From the IMG/VR virus record IMGVR_UViG_3300037423_000584: 64,000 nucleotides of DNA, one strand, 5' to 3'. Both the position numbers and the translations under genes were made by a program. This DNA is from a virus. Position 1 is the first letter of the stretch. Each line of letters begins with the position of its first letter. Shown here one piece after another: positions 56,507 through 63,945 of this stretch. The notes under the pieces are model-generated. The model was not told the origin of the DNA, made no database searches, and was given only the letters and a program-made list of their open reading frames with translations.

Positions 56507-56917
56507 ATGCGATTCTCTGAATGGTCAGATGGATCGATGCCCGTGTTTCTTAATCCAACCCATGACGAAATTGTGGAATTGGTTAAGTCTCATCCTGATA
56601 CGCTTCGTATCTGTGAAGATGACAATAATATAGCTGTTGCTAGTGGCTATGGTAATACACATACAAGTGTTATTAAAGTCATCAGAAAGAATGCTATAAA
56701 GGATTTCTTTCCATTGGACTTGATTCTCTTTAGAGAAACTGGCCGATGGTTATGGAATCCGTTGGGTCATTGGGATAGGGTACTAACAGAACGAGTAGGA
56801 TTTGAATCTGGGTTGCGGTTTTTGTCTGATAAGACAAAGGAGTTTGTTTTAGAGTTTGTTAGGATTGCAGAGGATCAATATAGGACAACAGAGTCTAATA
56901 TTATAGACTTTGAATAA
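56507..56917 (+). CDS. Hypothetical protein
   Basis: AAGGTAGGT leader; 136 aa. Confidence 0.7.
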   Translation: MRFSEWSDGSMPVFLNPTHDEIVELVKSHPDTLRICEDDNNIAVASGYGNTHTSVIKVIRKNAIKDFFPLDLILFRETGRWLWNPLGHWDRVLTERVGFESGLRFLSDKTKEFVLEFVRIAEDQYRTTESNIIDFE

Positions 56918-56936
56918 AATTTAAGTGGGCTAGGGC

Positions 56937-57176
56937 ATGAAGATTGCGAATTGTCAGTTTAATGAAGATAAACTGATTGTTGTTGTTAATGAAGAATCAG
57001 AATATCTATTCAAACATCCATCTATTAGAGATTTTGGAAGACATTTCTCTAGTAATGGTAAAGAACTTAAACCCACGAATTATTGGGTTTATAAATATGA
57101 TAGATATGATAGAGATTTAAAACTTGACGAAATCATTCTTCATCTGAACGAATTAGGATATACGGTTTTGTTTTAA
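56937..57176 (+). CDS. Hypothetical protein
   Basis: 79 aa in operon. Confidence 0.6.
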   Translation: MKIANCQFNEDKLIVVVNEESEYLFKHPSIRDFGRHFSSNGKELKPTNYWVYKYDRYDRDLKLDEIILHLNELGYTVLF

Positions 57177-57189
57177 AAGGTAGGCAAAT

Positions 57190-57384
57190 ATGCAACAAGA
57201 AAACTTGGAAGATTTGCCAAAACGTCAGCGTGTGAGTGCTGAGAATCACCACGCTTGTCGTCCATTGTGTCCATGTTGTGGAGGTGGCGATAATCGTAAA
57301 GGTTATAAACATACGAAGGCAACAAGCAGATATCATAGTGCAAAGTCCCGTAGATCGAAACCAAAGAAGAAGGATCATCAGTAA
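57190..57384 (+). CDS. Small basic Cys/His-rich protein (possible RNA binder)
   Basis: AAGGTAGG leader; HHACRPLCPCC...KSRRSKPKKKDHQ. Confidence 0.65.
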   Translation: MQQENLEDLPKRQRVSAENHHACRPLCPCCGGGDNRKGYKHTKATSRYHSAKSRRSKPKKKDHQ

Positions 57385-57390
57385 TAAGCA

Positions 57391-57465
57391 GGGCACATAG
57401 CTCAACTATGGTAGAGCAGCCGTCTCCAAAGCGGCAGGTTTTTGGTTCGAATCCAAATGTGCTCG
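57391..57465 (+). tRNA. tRNA-Trp (CCA)
   Basis: Cloverleaf GGGCACA...GCCGT-CT-CCA-AA-GCGGC...TTCGAAT...TGTGCTC-G. Confidence 0.9.
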
Positions 57466-57492
57466 TTATATTAATAGAAAGGTAGGAAGTGT

Positions 57493-57729
57493 ATGAATTT
57501 GATTCAGGGTTGTAATTATCAAGTTAAGAAAGATCATCGTTTTCATCCGGGTCGATTTGGTCAGTTTCAATTTCTTGGTGGGCCTAATCGAGAAGCAATT
57601 GTTATGTCTGATTTGCAAGATTCAAAAAGTATCTTTGCAGTAGGATTGAATGACCTTGTTGATTTTGATCCTGCCAAAGATGATGTATTTGAAAATGCTG
57701 TACCGGGAAGAATGTTAGAATTAAGCTAA
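57493..57729 (+). CDS. Hypothetical protein
   Basis: AAGGTAGG leader; 78 aa. Confidence 0.7.
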   Translation: MNLIQGCNYQVKKDHRFHPGRFGQFQFLGGPNREAIVMSDLQDSKSIFAVGLNDLVDFDPAKDDVFENAVPGRMLELS

Positions 57730-57877
57730 GATCAGCATCTTTGATTGTCCCCTTCGTAGAACTTCAAGATTGAATAAGTCTTGGGTTCTTTTGTAGATAG
57801 GTTAGGTGACATCAGAGTCTTATAAAATGCCGAAAGGTATAGCCTATCTACTTAATTTAAAAATAAAGGTAGACAAC

Positions 57878-58129
57878 ATGAAAGCTAAATATATTATTTT
57901 GGAACGATCTGGTATCGAAATGCCAATTTTGTTTCCAGAATTTATTGAACACATAGATGCTGTACTAATTGGTGGTAAAGTTATATCTGCTGGATTTTTT
58001 GAAGTTATTCTTCGCGAACATTCAAGAATGGAAGTGAGAGCCTACGGAGAAAGCATTAGCCTTAAAGTAAAGGCTAGATTCGAAGATGCTGATTTGATCG
58101 AGAAAATGATCTGTAATTATGAGAATTAA
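57878..58129 (+). CDS. Conserved phage hypothetical protein
   Basis: AAGGTAGA leader favours ATG 57878; PILFP..I.H...VISAGFF...YGESISL. Confidence 0.7.
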   Translation: MKAKYIILERSGIEMPILFPEFIEHIDAVLIGGKVISAGFFEVILREHSRMEVRAYGESISLKVKARFEDADLIEKMICNYEN

Positions 58130-58140
58130 GGTAGGTTTGT

Positions 58141-58590
58141 ATGCAAACCAAATCAATTGTTCGTGAAAACGCAGAAAAAGATCCGAATTATGCACCGTAT
58201 TGTATGCCTTGTCCTCGTTTGGTTCGAATGAAGAAAATCGAACCATTCTTTTGGAAGTGCGATAAGTGCGGTGCCGAATGCGACGAACGAGAGATTAAGC
58301 AAGAAGATATTGATAAGCTTGATGAGCTTCAATCGAAAGAGAATGATGGTCGTGGTATTTCTTGTGTAAAAACCATCCTTTTCTTTCTTAGACATAATAA
58401 AATTGATGAAGCTAGGGCTTGCAGGCAAAACGAAGGCGACAAGATTAATTCTTATCCATTGGTCGAATTACAAATCAACAAGATGTTTGGTTGCAGAACG
58501 CATTTAAGGAAGATGTGTAATCATTGGCTTTGCGTTAGTCTTCTAAATGGGACCAAGGCAAAAACAGTTGTTGCCCCGCATCATGGATAA
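58141..58590 (+). CDS. Zn-ribbon-containing hypothetical protein
   Basis: YAPYCMPC...WKCDKCGA; AAGGTAGGT leader. Confidence 0.7.
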   Translation: MQTKSIVRENAEKDPNYAPYCMPCPRLVRMKKIEPFFWKCDKCGAECDEREIKQEDIDKLDELQSKENDGRGISCVKTILFFLRHNKIDEARACRQNEGDKINSYPLVELQINKMFGCRTHLRKMCNHWLCVSLLNGTKAKTVVAPHHG

Positions 58591-58592
58591 CC

Positions 58593-58901
58593 ATGATTAC
58601 GCATGTTGCTATACTTGATATAAATAAGAAAATTTGGTCATTACCTAGACCCAACCGTCATCATAATGTAATTCATATGATTAATGAACAATCTGGTAGA
58701 GATATTGCCAGAGGTTTATTAAAAGATCATGTGCAAGGATTTATGAATGACTCTGGTCAATTTTTAACACGAAAAGAAGCATTTTATGAAGCGTTAAGAT
58801 GTGATCAATTGTTACCACCTTATAATCCAATTAATCCATCTGAAAGACATGGTGAGATTAATAAAAATCCTAGAGAATTATTCTCAGAGGATTTGTGGTA
58901 G
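58593..58901 (+). CDS. Conserved phage hypothetical protein
   Basis: PNRHH...QGF...FLTRKEA...LFSEDLW. Confidence 0.75.
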   Translation: MITHVAILDINKKIWSLPRPNRHHNVIHMINEQSGRDIARGLLKDHVQGFMNDSGQFLTRKEAFYEALRCDQLLPPYNPINPSERHGEINKNPRELFSEDLW

Positions 58902-58974
58902 ATTTTGCCCCTTGAGTTCCAGGCAGGAATCCAATAGTAAACAACTGTTGGATTCTTTTAAAGGTAGGTGAAAT

Positions 58975-59301
58975 ATGGAAGATCCGGTTTTAGAAGCTAT
59001 ATCGCTTCTAATGGAAAGTTTCTTGCCTCAAATGTCTGGTTCTGAGACAGTTAGACATAGAATTTGTGATGAATTTGTTCAGTTCCAAGTTGATAGAGAT
59101 ATCTTTATCGATTGGATGAAAGTTCATCCTGAATTTAAGATGCTTAAGGAGATCAAAGCACTAGTTCTTCTTAAGAACAATAAGAACAGAATGATTAAAC
59201 AGTTTTCTGTTGATTCATTTATTACTTCTTATCTTACTAAACCTAATCGTCATAAAGATTCATTGGTTCGTGAAGCTGGACGAAAGTTTGGTTTGACATA
59301 G
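58975..59301 (+). CDS. Hypothetical protein
   Basis: AAGGTAGGTG leader; 108 aa. Confidence 0.7.
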   Translation: MEDPVLEAISLLMESFLPQMSGSETVRHRICDEFVQFQVDRDIFIDWMKVHPEFKMLKEIKALVLLKNNKNRMIKQFSVDSFITSYLTKPNRHKDSLVREAGRKFGLT

Positions 59302-59361
59302 ACGATCAATAAGATCGTCATTGATCTTATATGATCTTTCTTTCTTAAAAGGAGAAAGGTC

Positions 59362-59616
59362 ATGGACAAAGAGACTCAAAGAAAAATAGATCATCTGTTT
59401 CAAAAACAGATAATGAAAAATATTCCAGAAATTGTGTTAATGGCACAACTGGTTATTTTTAGTCAAGAGAATAGAGATACAGAAGCAATAAAGAAAGAGA
59501 TCCAGCACAGACGACGGTTAAATAAATGGCTTGATGAATATGGTACATGGCACAAGGGACAAGCTCCATATGGTGCCGATGCTATACTTGAACAAATAAA
59601 TAAAATGAAATCGTAA
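59362..59616 (+). CDS. Hypothetical protein
   Basis: AAGGAG/AAGGT leader; 84 aa. Confidence 0.65.
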   Translation: MDKETQRKIDHLFQKQIMKNIPEIVLMAQLVIFSQENRDTEAIKKEIQHRRRLNKWLDEYGTWHKGQAPYGADAILEQINKMKS

Positions 59617-59640
59617 TCAATTACAAATTATTTTATGTAT

Positions 59641-59676
59641 TGATGAGTTCGCTTCCGTATACTGATGAGTTCGCTT
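59641..59676 (+). repeat. 14-bp direct repeat (operator-like)
   Basis: TGATGAGTTCGCTT twice, 22-bp period. Confidence 0.7.
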
Positions 59677-59694
59677 GACAAAGGTAGGTAGATT

Positions 59695-60204
59695 ATGCGG
59701 AATTTGGCTAAACCGTTTCGTCCGGTTCGTTTGATTAATGATAAACCTTATGAATTGGATACCATGCGTATGGGTCCGAAGGGTCAATCGGTTAACACAA
59801 CTGGTTGTTTCGGTGTTCAATCCACATACGGGGTTCGTGGATTAAGTATTGTTAATCGGAAAATAGCTCCGGGCAAACACAAAGGTGCGGTTAAGAAAAA
59901 AAATGGTTCTAGGCTTATTTCTGCAAGAACTATTCTTAACTTTGATCGAACATCTTTGCCGAAATTGTTAAATATTCGGAACGATCTTGTTTTCCTTAAG
60001 GCTCTTAATGGTCTTTCGGAAGATATGGATCAGGTTTTGAATGATTTAACTGATTATATGTTGGCAAGTTATGGTTCATCGATTAAGAAGTTCGACGAAC
60101 AACGTATTCGTACTGCCAAGGGGATGATTGGCAAAATTCAAGTTAAACCCATGAATGATCTTAAAGAGAAGATCAATCGGGCTTTGGCTATCATGGGTGG
60201 ATGA
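59695..60204 (+). CDS. Basic hypothetical protein
   Basis: AAGGTAGGT leader; 169 aa. Confidence 0.7.
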   Translation: MRNLAKPFRPVRLINDKPYELDTMRMGPKGQSVNTTGCFGVQSTYGVRGLSIVNRKIAPGKHKGAVKKKNGSRLISARTILNFDRTSLPKLLNIRNDLVFLKALNGLSEDMDQVLNDLTDYMLASYGSSIKKFDEQRIRTAKGMIGKIQVKPMNDLKEKINRALAIMGG

Positions 60205-60422
60205 TGAACACTTTGGATAAAATAAAACTTATTCCTAAAAATAAGTGGATGAAAGACAGAATACAACGACATGGAGATGTTGTTATATTCAAAAAAGAAG
60301 GTTTGTTTAAAGGTAAAAAAGCTTTACTTGTAGAATCACTTAATAATACTTCTATTGTCAATACCAAGTGGTTGGCTTGGATTGTTTTAGAAGAAGACGC
60401 ATCTATTGTTGTAATAAAATAG
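60201..60422 (+). CDS. Hypothetical protein
   Basis: 73 aa, ATGA-coupled to the upstream gene. Confidence 0.6.
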   Translation: MMNTLDKIKLIPKNKWMKDRIQRHGDVVIFKKEGLFKGKKALLVESLNNTSIVNTKWLAWIVLEEDASIVVIK

Positions 60423-60471
60423 ATTTCCTACCTTGAGAATCCTGTAACTGAATAAGTTGCAGGATTTCTTT

Positions 60472-60573
60472 GTATACATACGAGGCCGCGGTGGCTCGGG
60501 GAGACGTTCCCTAGTTCCGTTCGATTCGGGTACTTGGTAGAGATAGCATTCGACAGCTATCCCGTATGTATAC
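60472..60573 (+). ncRNA. Small multi-hairpin RNA candidate
   Basis: Perfect 11-bp closing stem GTATACATACG/CGTATGTATAC; internal hairpins with TTCGA loops. Confidence 0.55.
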
Positions 60574-60582
60574 TTAATATAT

Positions 60583-60689
60583 GGCGTTGGGTAGGCCGGC
60601 GTCGATAACCGGCTAAATCTTCGGATGACCTTGGCAGGACTACCCTCGGAAAAGGCTCATTACCATCCGGGTTCGAATCCCGAACGCCA
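60583..60689 (+). ncRNA. tRNA-like RNA (acceptor + T arm, non-canonical core)
   Basis: GGCGTT...CGGG-TTCGAAT-CCCG-AACGCC-A; no D or anticodon arm. Confidence 0.6.
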
Positions 60690-60762
60690 TTTTCTCTCGG
60701 TAAGGTATAGCAAAGTAGTTATACCTTATTATCCTGTTGTTTTATATAGGGGAAGTTAGCTT

Positions 60763-60972
60763 ATGTTTGGGGATCATTTGTCTTTGGCCAATCTTTGGGT
60801 AAAGATGGCAAAGTTGCATGAGCTAATGGGACAAGATGCAGCATCTAGATTAGCAATTAGAAATGCTTCTTATCACATTGAAGAAGCAGCAAAACTTCAA
60901 CATCAAACTGTTCGATTTAATAGGGAAGGCGGTGATGTCATATGCTCTAGTACAAAAATAGCTTGTGCATAA
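60763..60972 (+). CDS. Hypothetical protein
   Basis: 69 aa; AGGGG upstream. Confidence 0.5.
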   Translation: MFGDHLSLANLWVKMAKLHELMGQDAASRLAIRNASYHIEEAAKLQHQTVRFNREGGDVICSSTKIACA

Positions 60973-61137
60973 GTCGGACCCCCATTCTTATGCACTAATA
61001 GCTGATTAGGGGTACAAATTTGGAGGATATATGCAAGCTTAGCTTGTACTACTTAATAAACAATAAAATAAATTAAATATCACACGCGGATTCCGATGCT
61101 TCAAATACCTCATTCTGAATAAGAGTGGGGTATTTTT

Positions 61138-61395
61138 ATGGAACCTATCGAAGAAGCAAAAGAGCTTCTAAGAACAATATACTATTATGCCACTAGAGAT
61201 TCTAATATTCTTTGGTGGCATTCATTGAATAGCGAGACAGCACTAGAACTACTTAATAATGGATCTTTGATTGATATCTATGATTTTTTGACAGATATCA
61301 AAGATTGGGCCACTAGTGAAGGTGATGATGTTGGTCCCGATTGGTGGCAACAAAATAATTTAACGAAACGAATTTTATCTATTGACCTTTCATAA
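61138..61395 (+). CDS. Hypothetical protein
   Basis: 85 aa; start abuts the terminator hairpin. Confidence 0.6.
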   Translation: MEPIEEAKELLRTIYYYATRDSNILWWHSLNSETALELLNNGSLIDIYDFLTDIKDWATSEGDDVGPDWWQQNNLTKRILSIDLS

Positions 61396-61407
61396 AGGTA
61401 GGTAATC

Positions 61408-61662
61408 ATGAGCAAAGAACAACTGCTCGAAACAGTTGGAAGTTTTACTTGGAGCTTTCATGATAAGTTCCTTGTCGAGATTCCAAATGTTGGCAATTTT
61501 GTTTGGAGCGATCCAGATTATCGTGGGGATAATTCCTTTAAACGATATGATGGAAATTACAAACAGTGGTGCAAAGAAGAAGGAATTCCTTTCGGTCGCG
61601 ATAAAGGAAAACATAAGATTCGAAATTATTGCGGATCTGAAATCAAGATTGTCGGACTGTAA
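61408..61662 (+). CDS. Hypothetical protein
   Basis: AAGGTAGGT leader; 84 aa. Confidence 0.7.
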   Translation: MSKEQLLETVGSFTWSFHDKFLVEIPNVGNFVWSDPDYRGDNSFKRYDGNYKQWCKEEGIPFGRDKGKHKIRNYCGSEIKIVGL

Positions 61663-61691
61663 ATCTATTGATTTATTAAAGGTAGGTTGAT

Positions 61692-62204
61692 ATGGCATGG
61701 GTCACGTTACATGATCTTTTATCTCCAAATTTAAATCTTTATGGCATCGTTCCACTAGATGCTACTATAACTTTAATCAGTGGTTCTGATGATGAATCAT
61801 CATTCTTTCGTTATGAATATAAAAAGAATGATTATATAGAAGAAATGATTCGTCTCGATAAGACAAAAATGTCGATTCGCGATTTTATCGACAAATTTGC
61901 CATTCTTGCAAAATCAACTGAATGGGGTGTTTCTAAAAATGGATCTTTAATCCATCATTCTGATGGTTTATATCGTGTAAAGGATGGCAAACTAGTTTCA
62001 TTTGAAGTAAATGGCGGTCAAATAGTTTTTCTTACATACTGTCAATTAGATTTGACAGAATGGTTGAAAGAACAACCGGACGATATTCTTGCTCAATTCA
62101 TGAAGCATTCGTTTGGATGGCGAAGAGAATACAAAGAGTTGGCAAATAATCTGTGTAATAAACTTGCAAGGCAAATCAACCTTTTGCAAGGCAGATATGA
62201 ATAA
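61692..62204 (+). CDS. Hypothetical protein
   Basis: AAGGTAGGT leader; 170 aa. Confidence 0.7.
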   Translation: MAWVTLHDLLSPNLNLYGIVPLDATITLISGSDDESSFFRYEYKKNDYIEEMIRLDKTKMSIRDFIDKFAILAKSTEWGVSKNGSLIHHSDGLYRVKDGKLVSFEVNGGQIVFLTYCQLDLTEWLKEQPDDILAQFMKHSFGWRREYKELANNLCNKLARQINLLQGRYE

Positions 62205-62212
62205 GGTGCCTT

Positions 62213-62518
62213 ATGCAACCTAAAGTAAGGCGTCATCGTCGCATCTATGGTCGGATAAGTCTTAGCGATCCTTGGAATAAACTATGTTGGGATTTGCTTG
62301 ACGAGGGTCGTAGTTATGCTTATATAAGTCAAAAGACTTATCTGACATACTATCAGATTACTTATCGAGTAAAGAAATGGAATAAGAAAGTTTCTTATTA
62401 TAGAAATGGAACAGGGCAATCTAAAGCAGCTAGTAGAAGAATGAAACGATTAATTCTTCTCGAAGAACGTATCGAGAAGATGGTTATGGGAAGCAAACGG
62501 ATTGTTGTTTCTCTTTAG
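62213..62518 (+). CDS. Basic HTH-like DNA-binding protein
   Basis: LLDEGRSYAYISQKTYLTYYQITYRVKK. Confidence 0.55.
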   Translation: MQPKVRRHRRIYGRISLSDPWNKLCWDLLDEGRSYAYISQKTYLTYYQITYRVKKWNKKVSYYRNGTGQSKAASRRMKRLILLEERIEKMVMGSKRIVVSL

Positions 62519-62798
62519 TTATCGAAGATAACAGGGATGGTGGCCATGGGGTTGTATGTTCAATTTGTAATCTTGGATATTCTCGATTGGTTCGACAATA
62601 TCCTCAACAGCGATCATTGATCGCAAGAAGGCTATATGTCCAGCAATCTTCACGGTTCTCATGACGGTTATGCTATGCGTACTGCTAATAAAGCCGTTGC
62701 TGGTGGTGTGATTCTTGTTTGGGGATTTGTCATTCTTGTGGTTGTTATGATGATAATTGGTTGGGTTATCAATCTGTTTAATTAATCTGGGAGGATTA

Positions 62799-62966
62799 AT
62801 GTCACCGTTTTTGGGGTTGGCTATTGTTTTCTTTATTGTCGCCATTGCTTGTTATGTCGCAGGAGCTAACACTTCTGGAATGCTAGAAAGAATTGGACGA
62901 ATTATGTTATTCGTCTTTCTGACATTGGCAATCATTTTCCTAATTATTGGATTCATGCGTCAATAG
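62799..62966 (+). CDS. UPF0391/DUF1328-like two-helix membrane protein
   Basis: GGAGG then ATG 62799; LAIVFFIVAIACYVAG...IGRIMLFVFLTLAIIFLI. Confidence 0.55.
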   Translation: MSPFLGLAIVFFIVAIACYVAGANTSGMLERIGRIMLFVFLTLAIIFLIIGFMRQ

Positions 62967-63008
62967 CAACTCCGCAGGACGGTTAATATTGGACGTAACC
63001 AGTTAGTG

Positions 63009-63358
63009 GATTGTAATATCCTCTAAGGGAGTCACAATCGGCAAGTGACCGAAAGTGGTAACTCTAATAGCTAGATTTGTCCTATCGTAACAGATGGGCA
63101 AATCTTTGTGTCTAAATCGAATGCAACCACGTGTGTTTAGGGCACCTTGGTTGAGACTGTGTGTTAGGCGTAATACAGCCACCACTTTCTTAGCCCTGAT
63201 TTAGATACCTTTTGAATCATTCATCGACGGATGAATGATTCTTTTGTTTTGTTGCTGACCAGAAATGGTGGATATATAATTGAATGTTGGCCAATTCCCT
63301 TGTGGTGGTAACTCCTAGGCCATGACATAGTTATATATTATACGAGCAGTAACAAAAC
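63009..63358 (+). ncRNA. Structured intergenic RNA(s) with internal terminator
   Basis: GAAAGTGGT/ACCACTTTC closing stem (63051/63189); terminator 63214-63250; rod hairpin 63246-63358. Confidence 0.45.
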
Positions 63359-63394
63359 TCGAAATTTACTTATAGAAATATAGGTAAATTTCTT

Positions 63395-63616
63395 ATGAAT
63401 AATAAGCCATTTGGACATACTAGTAGATATGGAACCATTGTAACATCTGATAGATGTGATTTTGCTAATGGAATTACGATTATAAAAGATCATAATTTAT
63501 CAGAAGATAGATATATTTCTGATATAGCCGAGGCATTTGGATTTCATGCTGCAAATATCCTTCCTAATCTAAATGGTTTTCAAGGATATGATTGTTTGAA
63601 GTTCAATTTCATCTAA
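63395..63616 (+). CDS. Hypothetical protein
   Basis: 73 aa; TAGGT upstream. Confidence 0.55.
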   Translation: MNNKPFGHTSRYGTIVTSDRCDFANGITIIKDHNLSEDRYISDIAEAFGFHAANILPNLNGFQGYDCLKFNFI

Positions 63617-63795
63617 TGTTATTTATCAATCAAACGACTAAAGGTATATTAATCGCAACGGTTATTATAACTATTGCAATTTTTTTATTCTCTGGGGCGG
63701 TATTTGAGCCGTTAGTCAATAAGAACTGGGCGATTATTTTGTCGTCTATTGGTACTTCGTTGATTTGGTATTTGATTTTAAAGTTGAAATATTGA
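63616..63795 (+). CDS. Small two-TM membrane protein
   Basis: TAATG coupling favours the start MLFINQ; two hydrophobic helices. Confidence 0.55.
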   Translation: MLFINQTTKGILIATVIITIAIFLFSGAVFEPLVNKNWAIILSSIGTSLIWYLILKLKY

Positions 63796-63798
63796 ATT

Positions 63799-63915
63799 AT
63801 GAAACAAAAAGCTTTTACTCTTACTGAATTACTTATTGTTATTAGCACTATTGTTGTTCTTGGTATTGTATTTATTCTGCTTATTTTAAAAGCAATTTCT
63901 ATAATTCATCATTGA
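63799..63915 (+). CDS. Mini-pilin: prepilin-type N-terminal cleavage/methylation motif only (38 aa)
   Basis: MKQKA/FTLTELLIVISTIVVLGIVFILLILKAISIIHH. Confidence 0.65.
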   Translation: MKQKAFTLTELLIVISTIVVLGIVFILLILKAISIIHH

Positions 63916-63945
63916 TATAAGTTGTTGTAATTAGTAGATTTAATA

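Noticed and set aside
59662-59700. CTGATGAG hammerhead-like core
   Set aside because: No stem II followed by GAAA and no stem I/III; better explained as part of the 14-bp direct repeat
53222-61137. CRISPR array interpretation of the recurring hairpins and motifs
   Set aside because: No identical repeats with regular spacers; stems differ and are separated by genes; no cas genes
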